DNA of 64,000 nt from Sphaerodactylus townsendi. Its lineage: Eukaryota. Made by a program: the position numbers and the translations under genes. The DNA lies in contig NC_059429.1 in NCBI RefSeq assembly GCF_021028975.2, positions 103,726,001 to 103,790,000 of the forward strand, given 5' to 3'. Numbering within the stretch: position 1 is the first letter of the stretch; each line of letters begins with the position of its first letter. The notes under the pieces were generated by a model. That model was not told the origin of the DNA. It saw only the letters and a list, made by a program, of their open reading frames with translations, and did no database searches. This document shows, one piece after another, positions 1 to 11,690 of the stretch.

Positions 1-1105
1 CAAGCTGAGTTCAAAAAATCAGTGTAAATTAAATGTTAGTGTCGTGCTTCTAAAGCAGCATATTCCAAGTTTTGTTCTAGAGGTAGAGGAATGTGGAGGG
101 ATCAAAATTTCAGTCTACTCCTCTTGCCGCTTCCCTTTAGAGCATTATTTTGCTTTGTCCGTGACATCACTAGAAGGTTGCCTAAAAGTTCTCATGACCC
201 TAATATACAATTTAGGAATAACTGGTCTACTTACAAAAGTCTTCATGTGTTTATCAAGCCAGAGATTCATATAAGGACCTAACTACACATTATTGTGATT
301 TCTGCATGCCTCATTTAGATCAAGACCATGGAAAGTGAGGGCAGGAGGCTAAAGCCTTCCCCTCTATGCCATTTTCCCAACCCTGAAATTCCTCCTGGGG
401 TGCAGTTTGCACCACTGAGGAAATCTAGGTGTAGCTCATCAGAACATGTGGAGCCCCCAAAGTGGTAAATAGCACTCCCAAAGCTGTTTCAGATCAGGCA
501 AACAGCACAAGCTGAAACCACCTCTCTTAGCACACCATGATAGTCACACAAATCTGTTCTACATAAACCTGGGATTAAATTCCCATCCAAGTATTGAACT
601 CAGAATGCATATTTGACTGTGTGGATCCAAGAAGACCTGGTAGCTAGGATCTATAAGACACTCCTGCTGGCAGTGCTGATGACCTGCTTGGGACTGATTC
701 CTGATAATTCCTTGGAGTTAGGCTTGGACCCAGACTAGCATTTCCACAGCCCAAGGACTTTCACTCACAGGACATGATTTTGCTGCTGCCACCATTCTGG
801 CTGCAGCCTTCGGGTGGGGGTGGGGGTGCTGGGTGGGGAGGAAAATCATGCTCCATGAGTGGAAGACCTTGTGCCTGTAGAAATACTAGCCTGGATACAA
901 TTCCATGCTTCCTGTTATCAGCGCAGAAGCAGTGAAATAAAAGCCAAAGAGATTCAGATTCAGTAGACATTAGGAGCTCTTTAAATCTGTGGATGATTTT
1001 CTAAGCCACACTGGAAAGTGGCCCACCCAGAAAGAATACCAAAACAGCAAAAGCCCAAAACAGAGCAAGCATGCTCTTTTCTGACCCTACTCCACTGTTT
1101 ATCTT

Positions 1106-1282
1106 AAATAAAGGTAAAGTTTCCCCTTCAGTTGTATCCGACCCTGGGGTACCACTGCGAGCAGTGATTTTATAGGCAAGCCTCTGGATTGACCATGCCA
1201 GGATATCTGACCCACAGGGGGCTCAAACTCCTGACTGTGTGAGTGGCAGTGCAAGCACTTAACCACTACGTCACGCAGCTCC
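1106..1282 (-). mobile_element. Short tRNA-headed SINE (Sauria-SINE-like)
   Basis: Minus strand has a tRNA-like head (tagtggttaagtgcttgcact...gtttgagccc) and an (accttt)-type tail; boundaries approximate. Confidence 0.55.
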
Positions 1283-2291
1283 TTGTATCTTGAGTACCAT
1301 CCCACATTCCCCATCGGTACTGCTCAAGGAATTGTGGGCTTCACCTTTTGTGATTATTATCAGGACTGGTGAACGATAGAAGCAACACAACCCTGTATTT
1401 CTCCACGAACAGCTTACAATCATTTGTCCCATTGCTTGTTTCACAATTGTTCTGAAACACAAGGTGTTGCTGCTCAAGTGAAATCGACCCCTTAAAAGTT
1501 GGTTTAATCTATTTCTGCATACCCAAGAATATGAGTAAAATATTAATATTTCTGTGTATTAAAAAAGCATTTCATTCATCATGGATGTTTGTCTTTGTCC
1601 AAAGCCAGGGCTAATAACTACTCAAGGGCAGCATCTATGCACTATTGGACAGTTCATGATAATATTCATTCTCAGCTGGATTTTCCTGCACAGACAAGAA
1701 GATCCAGGAAACGAATGATTGCACTATCCCAATTACGTGATATTGTATCCAAGGTCTAATTGGCTGCCAGCTGCATGGGGAAAAAGAAAGTCCTGCCCCT
1801 TTAATAGTGGCTTAATGAGATATTTACCAGGTGATGAAAACCTTCCCTTGCCTATTCCTGCACATGACGCCTGTTAAAGGGACAGAGCATTTCTCCAGGC
1901 TTGCTGATAACAGTAGTCTCTACACATGTGATTTCTTTTGTGGAACACGAAACATTCCATTCAAGCTTCTTCCTTGATTACAGTTGTTGATTTTTAAATT
2001 GTAGACATCTGAAGAACGACTGACAATTTCCAGCATTTTATCTAGTTGTGTTAGTAAAGTGTCTCCAGACATCCACTTTTCTTCAGTAACTGTAGCATAT
2101 TTGAGGTAACTGGAATAGTGGCAGTCATCTACAGGCTAAGCATCACCTCTGCTGGTCCCTCCCCTGATTGCTAGTTGTGTAGGGCTCAAATCACATTTGT
2201 GCTTTCAAGCACATTTATTCTGCCTCTGCCACAGATCACACACACTACCACCACACACAAATTATGCCTCCCCAGATGTCTCCAGCTAATG

Positions 2292-2608
2292 CCGTGGTGG
2301 CGAACCTTTGGCACTTCAGATGTTATGGTCTACAATTCCCATCAGCCCCTGCCAGCATGGCCAATTGGCCGTGCTGGCAGGGGCTGATGGGAATTGTAGT
2401 CCATAACATCTGAAGTGCCAAAGGTTCGCCACCACTGACTAGTGTGAGAGAAGACATGATCCACTAATCCACAGGTGTCAAACTCGCGACCCTCCATGAA
2501 CTATAGTTCCCACCAGCCCTTGCCAGTATAGCCAATGCTCATGTTGGGAGGGACTGATGGGAATTGTAGTTCATGAATATCTGGACAGCTGCGAGTTTGA
2601 CACCCCTG
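2292..2608. mobile_element. Two adjacent palindromic hAT-type MITEs (2292-2437, 2470-2608)
   Basis: Self-complementary ~140 bp units (gactacaattcccatcagccc...gggctgatgggaattgtagtc); second unit flanked by 8-bp TSD CACTAATC. Confidence 0.85.
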
Positions 2609-2621
2609 CACTAATCAATAC

Positions 2622-2912
2622 AGAAGAAGAGGAGGAGGAGTTTGGATTTACACCCCACCTTTCTCTCCTGTAAGGAGACTCAAGGTGGCTTACAAGCTCC
2701 TTTCCCTTCCTCTCCCCACAACAGACACCTTGTGAGGTAGGTGGGACTGAGTTCCGAAGAACTGTGACTAGCCCAAGGTCACCCAGCAGGAATGTAGGAG
2801 TGTGACAGCACATCTGGTTCACCAGATAAGCCTCTGCCACTCAGGTGGAGGAGTGAGGAATCAAACCCGGTTCTCCAGATTAGAATGCACCTGCTCTTAA
2901 CCACTACACCAT
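2622..2912 (-). mobile_element. tRNA-derived SINE with (CTT/CCT)n tail
   Basis: Head gtgtagtggttaagagcagg...ggtttgattcc on the minus strand; related copies at ~12650-12945(-), ~16045-16273(+), ~43330-43575(+) and ~46000-46200(-). Confidence 0.8.
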
Positions 2913-2934
2913 ATTGGCACCACACTGAACATTG

Positions 2935-3545
2935 ACGTAACTTGCCTTATACGGAGTCAGACCATTGCTCTGTCAAGATCAGAATTGTCTACTCTGAATG
3001 GCAGTAACTCTCTGGGGTCTCCGGTAGAGATCTTTCACATTACCTCTGGGGCCTCAGGTACAGGTCTTTTACATTACCTACTACCTGGTCCTTACAATTG
3101 AAGACACCAAGAAGCTGGAACCTTCGACACTGAAAGCAGATTCTCTCCCATTAAGCCACAGTTCCTTCCCTGTCCACCAGGACAGTGGCCCATATTTCCC
3201 TGTAAACAGATGCCGCTCCAATCGTACTATCACTTGTTTGGTGACTGCTTGATGGTACGTAAGCTACCTTTCAGCATTACCTACCCACTTACTCTATCGC
3301 TATTTCATTTATCATTATCTTGATGCCAGTGAAACTGACCAATTGGACACACATAACACACAGGAAGCTGCTTTGTACTGATTCTGACCATTGGCCCACC
3401 AAGGTCAAGCATGGTTCATTCGGACTGGCAGTGGCTCTTCAGCATCCTCAGGTTTCACATCATCGTCGACACGATCCTTTTCACCTGGAAATGCTGGGGA
3501 CTGAACCTTCTGCAAGTCAAGCAAATGCTCTGCCACTAAGCCATG
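2935..3545 (-). mobile_element. Two tRNA-head/CR1-tail-type SINE copies (Squam3-like)
   Basis: Motifs gaacc..cttctgca..caagca.atgctct.ccact.agcca and agtcagaccattg; related copies at ~5050-5230 and ~61165-61440; family name inferred. Confidence 0.6.
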
Positions 3546-4123
3546 TTTTTGCCCTTGCTGTGAAAAACATTCAGAAGAAAGCCTCACCCATTTCAGCTGT
3601 GCTTCATGAAATTACCATTTTCATGGGGAAACCCTAGTAATTTCACCAGCACTGAGGATTTCGTCCCTTCCAAAATGGAGCATATATACCTGGGACTCAT
3701 AACAATGTTACACACACACAAATGAGGGTTCCCCTGATCTTGTTAGTGTCACTGCATTTGGGGTGAGAGGAACATAGAGAAATAGCCAGTTGACAGATGG
3801 TCATAGAGAAACAGGAGGGGCTGAATAAGGGAGCTCTGCTTCTCTGTGAACAAAGATACTTGTGTGAGGAGGTGAATGTGGAAACCATTAGCAAATGGCA
3901 AAAATGGTGAAAAGACTTAATAGTGCGCTTCAGATACAAAGTACTTCATTAAGCTGGAAAAAAATGCAGAAAGGCTGAAATTCAATTATTAATCCACTTG
4001 ATTCACCTATCAATTTTTTTAAATCCTTAAAACGGCATATCGGTTTTTTTACAAAGACACGCCAGCTATGGGAGAAGGTGCTATATATGGTTATGAATTA
4101 AATCAGTACAAACTGTATCAGAA

Positions 4124-4285
4124 GACACAGTGTGTAACAGACTTCCTCTGTGATACACCTCTGAAGATGCCAGCCACAGATGCAGGTGAAACGTTAGGAA
4201 CAAGATCCACCAGACCACGGCCACAAAGCCCGGAAAACCCACCACAACCAGTTGAACCCGGCCGTGAAAGCCTTCGACAATACAT
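4124..4285 (+). mobile_element. Penelope-like element terminus with minimal hammerhead ribozyme motif
   Basis: cct-CTGAAGA-tgccagccacagatgcaggt-GAAAC-gtt-agg at 4158-4198; ends gaaagccttcgacaatacat; flanked by 10-bp direct repeat TGTATCAGAA (4114-4123, 4286-4295). Confidence 0.75.
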
Positions 4286-5729
4286 TGTATCAGAAAAATC
4301 AACACCGACAAGAGGGGCAGGGAGAAGCAATCATGACAGGAAACCTTTTCCAAGAGGACTGACTTCACATACTCACCCAACCCAATTTCACATCATCACC
4401 TGACCCACCCAAGAAAAGTTAAATAGATCCATCAAGTACTTTCTGTTTCAAGGCTACCATTGTTAGAGAAATTATGATCTGAAATCACCTTTGGAAAAGC
4501 AATGAGGAGAATGAAAATGAGGACTAGATCTTGAAAGAGAAACAAAAAACCTGGACTGGTTATAGGCTGCTCTGATTATGGAGATAAGGCATGTGTTAAG
4601 CTTTTGTCATTAGAAAGGTACTATGCAAAGTATTAATGGATAAAGATTATAAAAATGCTAAGCATACGGTTTTATTAAAATTCCACATAGGTGGAACAGA
4701 AATACTCAGTATTTGCAGCTGTTATAATTTTCACAACATATAAGTTTGAAAGCTTGGAGAACCAAATATACTGAGATCCCAGCAAGGTGCTCTATAGCAT
4801 TTCAAGCTGACAGGCCATCCAACAAATTTCAAATAGGAAATTCTTCAGGATTCAAACCTGAAGGATTCAAACTGATGCATACACACATGAGAACAGCTAT
4901 TGCGAAACAACTGAATACAAACACGAGGCTATGAAATTAAATATTTATTTCTTTCAGGTTTCAAAGGTTTGGAAGGGTAATAAAATACTAAACACACCCA
5001 CACACAGTTGTTTCAATTTGACCCTGATCTGGACAAATGAAGGAGAGCATTACAGCAAGCTGGATCACTGCTCTGTCAAGATCAATATGGCCTGATGAGT
5101 GAGAATAACCCTTCAGGATCTTGGAAATTGGACTTTCATATCACCTACCACCTGATCTTTTTAACTGGAGATACCAAGGATTGAGCCAGGAACCTTCTGC
5201 ATGCCAAATAGATCTCTACCACTGAGCCACACCTCTATAAAAACAGATGGTTGTGGGAACTGAGACAAGCACTTCCTTTACAAATCACTACCCAGTGTGT
5301 AGAGAATGTTTATTTCTTCTTGTCAGTCCTGAACTAATCAGCTTCATTGTGTGGGTACAGTGTAATAGTAAGAGGAGGGAAAACACACACATTTGCACTC
5401 TGCTTCAATCTTGCCTGACACACACAAGCAAAATGGAATCACTACCCTTTGCAGGTAATCCTTGACAGCCAGAGTGACAGAGTGCCTAAGAATGCTGGAC
5501 TACAGCTGGGTAATCCTGTGTTCAAATTCCCATTTGCCATGAAATGTACTGAACAACCTTGGGGCAGTATCTTGGCTTAAGCGACTTCTCTGGGTTGTTG
5601 TCAGGATAAATTGGTAGAAGGGAGAACCATAAATGATACCTGAGCTCCATGAAGGAAAGGCGGGATTAAAATGCACTAAATTAATCAATTCTGTAACAAG
5701 CCACAGAATTTGTTGGTCTTGACCACCCC

Positions 5730-5868
5730 CAGAGGCGTAGCAAGGGGGAAAAGCATCCTCTGCCCTGCCCTGGAACGCCCCTGCCACGCCCTCACCACAC
5801 ACCCACAGGGACGTGCACCCAGTGCATCTCCTTCCCCCCACCACCTCCCCCTTGGAGCTATGCCTCTG
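5730..5868. mobile_element. GC-rich hAT (Tip100-like) MITE
   Basis: TIR CAGAGGCGTAGC/GCTATGCCTCTG, 8-bp TSD ACCACCCC; relatives at 9819-9935 (TSD GTTGCATG), 50316-50468 (TSD AGTGGTGG), 53716-53864 (TSD ATGCTGGG). Confidence 0.85.
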
Positions 5869-6452
5869 ACCACCCCTGCCTAGTTTCACCTGGCTTTTGT
5901 AATGTGCAGATCTAGAAAAAAGTCTGAAAGTGTGTTCTTTGATATCAACCTATTGTTGATAAGGCATTACACTTAGTTGGACCAAACTTACTGGTGGTCT
6001 CTGGCTCAAATGTTATCCAGCTGTCCTCAGCCTCAGCCATTTTGGCCATGGTCCTTGACTTGCAGAACTGTCTGAACTGTGGGACTGGGGCCCTGCTGAG
6101 CCTGTCCCACTTATGCAGAGGCTGTAAGAGTGAGTTGTTCTGCCAGGCCCACGGTTGAAGGCCGGGATGGTTTTCATCAAGCTGACCTCCTCCTTCCCTA
6201 TGTGATATATTTTGGTGCCGTTACGAATTTTTAAAGTGTTAGCAGTAAGTAATAGTGAATATTAACTGTAAATATGTAATTTTAATTGTGTCGTAAACCA
6301 CTCTAAGCTCGACTTGGTTGGCAAAAGGCAGGTTAACAATCAAAATGAACAAATAATGTAGTGCAGATCTGCAGGATTTTGCAAGGAAGGGGGGGGGGAA
6401 TTGTCACAAAAAGATTCCACAGAAGATCACCAGAGCCTTTGGCTGGGATTGA

Positions 6453-6609
6453 CTATACCTTTTTCACCATAAAGATGACAAGCGATTTGAGAATTCATCC
6501 ACCATTTCCTGGACCTGACCCAAACACAGCATTCTAGAACAAAGACAGGTCACGAAGTGGTGCACGAATTCTCAAATCTTCTGTCATCTTTATGTTGAAA
6601 AAGGTATAG
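6453..6609. repeat. Long imperfect inverted repeat (~65-bp arms), probable old MITE
   Basis: ctatacctttttcaccataaagatgaca...gacctg pairs with caggtc...tgtcatctttatgttgaaaaaggtatag. Confidence 0.8.
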
Positions 6610-7389
6610 GTTTAGTAATTAACTTGGCAGCAAAGATCAGCATTTGGGGACATCTTGAAGCCACTCCATGAGTGAAAAAATGGGGGAATCATATGATCCA
6701 GAAAGTTTTCTTAAACAGCACTTGAGAGTTTTTCAAACGAAGGAGAAGTCTGCAAGGTGAGGAGGCTCAGGACAGGCTAGCTTCCTGGAAGTAGAAAAGA
6801 GCAGGCAGCAGGTGCATCCCCTGCTGCAAGCTTTGGAAGGACAAAAGTGGTAAAGTCACTTACTTTATTGCCCCAACAGAGGAAAACAGCAAGAAGGAGC
6901 TGAAAATGAAATGGGAGATGGAGAATGTGGAGAAGCAAAGAGAAGGGAAAGGGCAGAGATGTGAAAGGAAGAGGCAGAAACAGCAAAAGGATACATGCAC
7001 CAAAAGATGCTCAGGCATGCTCTCTTGATATAGGGAAAGGGCCAATCGGAAAAAAACACTGCTGCTGAAAAGAGAGCTTCAAATTCCTGGGACAGCCTGG
7101 CTGGGACACCAAACAGAGTGCAGCCCAAAGGATGCAGGGGAGGTCCAGCGGCTGCCTTGAGGCCTGGGATGACTGCATCACGGAAAGGGACCTGGGCAGG
7201 AGCCAAATGCCTGTGGGAAGGAGGGATGACGCAGGCGGGGAGGGGGCGTCCTGTGAGCAATGCACCGATGGAGAGAGGCAAGCGAGGGGATGGGGGAAAT
7301 GGATGGATGGGAGGCGCGTGGATGGAGTCATGGTCGGGTGGATGGAGGCAGGCAGGCAGGCAGGCAGGCAGGCGGTCGTCCGCTCTCAC

Positions 7390-7585
7390 CAGTGTCCTGC
7401 TCTGCTAGGAAAGCATCTTCCTCCTTCCTGGAGCGCAGGCAGCTCTCGGCCGCGCTGGCGCTGCCCGCCTCCTCCTCGGGCAAGCGGGGGAAGCTTGTGA
7501 TGCTCATGTAGTCCACGGGCGAGTAGGCGCCCAAGCTGCTCTGCTGGCTCGCCTCCTTCTCGGCTGCACCTGCAGCCGCCGCCAT
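7390..7585 (-). CDS. GGT7: Gamma-glutamyltransferase 7 (glutathione hydrolase 7), coding exon 1; the rest lies beyond the left end of the window
   Basis: MAAAAGAAEKEASQQSSLGAYSPVDYMSITSFPRLPEEE...RKEEDAFLAEQDT matches the GGT7 N-terminus (LGAYSPVDYMSITSFPRLPEDE...RKDEDAFLGDPDT); phase-1 GTGAG donor at 7389. Confidence 0.95.
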
Positions 7586-7850
7586 CCTGCTCTCGCCTCT
7601 CCTGCTCCGGAAGCGACTGCACAGCCCGGGCCGGAGGGGAGCCGGAGCAGGTGCTCGGCGGCCCACGGAGCGATTGCACGCTTCGGCCGATAGGGGGACA
7701 GTGGGCGGGGCTTGTCACCCCCAGGCCGCCCTTCCGATTCATGGAGCCTTTGCGCCGATGCAGACTCCTCCTCCTCACCTGGGGTGCTTCTCGCGTGCAA
7801 AAGATGAGGCATGAGGTGCACCTTCCGACTGCCGGTGGAGGACCGGAGAG
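7586..7850. promoter_or_regulatory. CpG-island promoter/5'UTR of GGT7
   Basis: CpG-dense sequence directly upstream of the ATG, GC box gggcgggg at ~7703. Confidence 0.7.
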
Positions 7851-9954
7851 AATCCCAGTTTGGGGAAAGCTCCCTACAAACAGAGAACCAGCAGGTCCGA
7901 CCGAGCAAAGAGCTGCTAGTTTTCTGTCGGTGGGGAATGGATGCAAAATACTATTTAGAGCTGGAATTCTGAGACTGCCATCTGAAGAATTGCAGCGCAT
8001 GTCGTCTCAGACTTCTGCGATCATATGAGCCAGGCAGGGTGGGGAGCAGGAAAGGGGTTCATCCTGAAAAGCTGGAGTCGGGAATGTACAGACCTTCAGT
8101 GCACAAATTTGGTAATACGCTCATCAGTGAAGTTTCTTTGATGCCCTCAAGAAAAGGAGATCCTATGCAGTTACTCTTTTTAGTGGTGTGGTTGTCACTT
8201 CAAACCAACAAGATTGTGACTTCATATGGCTACAAGAACACTTCAATTTGCTTCCCAGATGCCAGCTCCATGGCAGAAGTTGTCACACCTGAAGTGACAT
8301 TTCCCCTAAAGAGCACTGCGACTTCCCAGATGAGCTGTTTGACCCACAGGGGAAGTGTTGTGGAACTCTGGGTGAAGGGTGTGGAATTCTCCTTGAGTGG
8401 CAGCTGTTCTCCAGACTACAGCGGTCAGTTCTCTTGGAGAAAATGGCAGCTCGGGAGGGTGGATTCTATGGCATCTCATTTCCCAATCTCTGCCCTTTCT
8501 AGTTTCTACCCCCTGTAATCTCCTGTAATTTCCTAACCCAAAGTTGGCAACTCTAGCTGGTTCATGACCATGAACATCCAACTATACAGTGGCAATTTGG
8601 GGTGGGGAATTGGCCACGCACACTGCTGATCGTTAAACTGGATGTATTAAATGTCTAATGGAGAAGTAAAATGGCTGTAAGTCTGCTGGCAAAAAACCAG
8701 CAAGGGACGCAGCCAAAGTGCTGTAAGTAGCTAGTTCCAATATTGCATAATCCCATCCCCATGATTCTAACAATCTCTTAAGGGCTACTCTTACTTGCTT
8801 TTTTAAAAAATATGAAGGGCAGTTTGCACAAACAGCAGTTGTTTCTGGCCGGTATCACTTCAAACTTCAGGGAGGGTGGTGTGGTGGGGATACTGCATGT
8901 TTGAACGCTTTCAAATGGAGAAGGATGGAACCGAACAGCTCTTCTTGGAAAAGCAACAATTAGCTTCTCAGGAAGAAGGCCAAAACTAGGGCTCTTCTTC
9001 TCCCAGATATCTAGATTTCCATGTGCAATTTGGGAGAGCATTCAGTCATGTAACCCTGCTGTAAATAATCTAAACCAATCAAAGCAAGTTTTATTAACAC
9101 GATCTGCTGCATCAAAAATTTCTGCAGATTACAGAGCGGTGGTAGTGATCGTGGATTTGTACTCTAGGAGCAGAGAAGGATAATGCACAGTCTTCATAGA
9201 ACTAAATTAAAAGTGTTACCACCCAATGACACCACGTTGATGCAGTGGTCAGAAATGTATTTCATTGTGCCACCACTTTTATTAGTTGAAGGTTGCATGA
9301 ATACTACTGCAAATGTGGCAGTGGATGAACTGTCAGTCTGAAGCTTTTTAAAACAAACCTGTTGATTGTTGATTTTAAAAAATGTATTTGGAATATTTTC
9401 ACCCTATTCCTGAAGCTAAAAAGCTGCCAAAATATCTTATAAAAATTAAAACGAAAGCACAATTAGTGCAATCCTTAAACCCTCCAAAGTCTCCTTAAAG
9501 TTAAGTGGACTTAATAGGGTGTAACTGTGCTTAAGACTGCACTGTAAAACAATTGAAAACAAATAACATCAATCAACAATAAAACTGCAATATAAACAAC
9601 AATATAAAACCATAGCATAAAATCATTGTTTCCAAGCGTGAAGGGGAAGGGGGGCATAAACATAAAGCAGGACAAAGATCAGAATGATGGGACGTGTTAA
9701 AATAAAAACAGGTTAGAATAGCTAATCAATAACAATCACCATCAAACCACAAACGAATGGAGGAATAATGTTTTTATTTGGTGCCTAACAAAATTGCTAC
9801 TATTAGGATGGTTGCATGCAGGGGCGGAGCGAGGGGGAATTGCGCCCGGGGCACATGTACACTCTGCGCCCCTGCCAGGCCCCTGCAGGGGCGCGCGTCC
9901 GCGCATCCCCCCTCTTCCTTGGTGCTTCACCACTGGTTGCATGTCTGGAGTAGA

Positions 9955-10100
9955 TGGCCCACACCAACCTGATCTCATCAGATTTTGGAAGCTAAGCAGG
10001 GACAACTCTGGCTAGTATTTGGACAGGAGACAACCCAGGAAGTCCAACTGTGCAACACAGTGGCAGGCAATGGCAAACCACCTTTGAATGTCTCTTTCCT
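9955..10100 (+). mobile_element. 5S rRNA-derived SINE
   Basis: cctgatctcatcagattttggaagctaagcaggg...tggctagtatttggacaggagac resembles the 5S rRNA internal control region, followed by a non-5S tail (ggcaatggcaaaccac); minus-strand relative at ~21060-21200. Confidence 0.7.
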
Positions 10101-11556
10101 ACAACGAGCAATTTCCACCACCGTCATGAATGGAGTGCTGAAGATGAGGTGCCACACCACAAGCAGCCAAACATATAGTGGCCACTCCTCAGACTCTAGC
10201 CCTCTGGGAAAACTTGGATCCAGGTAGCTCAGCAACTCACAGCATGGAGGGATGACTCTCGCTACAGCAGACTGTCGTGTCCTGTGTCTCTGATTCTGGT
10301 TGGCAAACAAGATGGTGTCTGGGACACCCAGAGGGAAGGGCTTGAGGATGTAGTCAGTGGTGGAAAGACAGTGACAGGAAAGAAATGGCAGTAGTATCTG
10401 GCTGAGGAGACTGGGGAGCAGATTTACAAGGAATAATTCATACCGGAGAACTTCAAACAATGTAAAAATCACCTGCAATCTGAAGTAGAAGAGACCATTC
10501 TACCTCCTCAGCATCCTTTCAGTGCTGAATGTGCAGACCAGGCCTTATTTGTGAGGTGTAATCCTGGGATTCAGGACAGATTCGTGTGATAACAGCCTTA
10601 AGGTAGAGGCATTCAGAAAAAAGCCTCCTAACATTAGTTTGTCAAGCAGGGTCACAGTATTAAATTACTAGACTAAAAGACAAAAAGGGCTGTCTTCTGT
10701 ACATTTCAAGGCCGTAAACACTGAGGCAGTAGACAACAAATTCATTCTTAGTCACAGCATATAATTAGCAGTATATATGATGTTCCCTGGGTTTGTTTAC
10801 TGTTATGTAACCAACCTTCAACACATTTAAAAATTATTCAGTATGTTGTAATATTTGTAGCATATTGTTGTCCTTTTTTATTTCTTTGCTTCGGCAATAG
10901 GTTAAATATACGTAGATACACTGGGTGTCCAGTTAAAGCCAGCCAAACGAATAAAACGCTATTTAAAGGTAAAATCCCAGAATCATCCTGGCCCTTAATC
11001 ACTCTCTCAGTTAAAAGTTTTGCAACGATTTCAATAAAAGGCCCTGAGTTTGGCTAGTCTCTGTGATCTTTACATGTGTAGTTTCCCAACTTTTAAAGTG
11101 GAACCTACTTTAAAACTTATTCTCCCCGGGGGGGGGGGGGGGGGGGGATCTAGTACAAAAATCTTGTATGCTATTTCCCCCTTCACTAACATAAAACATG
11201 ATAGCCTCACATTGATTAAGAGTAAATCATTTATAGTTGTAATTTGGAAATGGCATATGGCAATATTGATCAACAAGCTGTATAAAAAATATGGCCATTT
11301 AGACACTGCAGAAGTAAAACCCAAATTTGCTAATGAGTATACAGGAGCTGCAACTAATCAGTGTGTTGCCCAGTGCTTACATTTACAAAGATATGAATGC
11401 AAATCCCACTTTATATTTTTAGGCACATGGTTAAAATATCAGGTGTACCCCTAAAATATAATATGTGAGATAGCTTCCACTGTCTGAGCAGAAGAAATAG
11501 AAAAGAGAGAGGATACCAATAAGAAATTTAAATCACTTCCCCCTTTAGAGATGTTC

Positions 11557-11690
11557 AATGTATTGTCGAAGGCTTTCACAGCCAGAATCACTGGGGTGTT
11601 GTGTGGTTTCCAGGCTGTATGGCCATGTTCTAGTAGCATTTTCTCCTGACTTTTTGCCTGCATCTGTGGCTGGCATCTTCAGAGGATCTG
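11557..11690 (-). mobile_element. Penelope-like terminus with decayed hammerhead motif
   Basis: Reverse complement of the 4124-4285 element; CTGAAGA intact, GAAA mutated to AAAA. Confidence 0.75.

Noticed and set aside
769-874. Minus-strand AG...GT-bounded 106-nt segment as GGT7 exon 2
   Set aside because: No similarity to the expected DPDSFLKSARLQRLP, and it gives an early stop in the GGT7 frame; at most a cryptic exon
6777-8518. Many overlapping ORFs of 100-200 aa around GGT7 exon 1
   Set aside because: By-products of GC-rich CpG-island and (GGCA)n sequence; only 7390-7585 has homology
9955-10035. Functional 5S rRNA gene
   Set aside because: Diverged, lacks proper ends and is fused to a SINE tail
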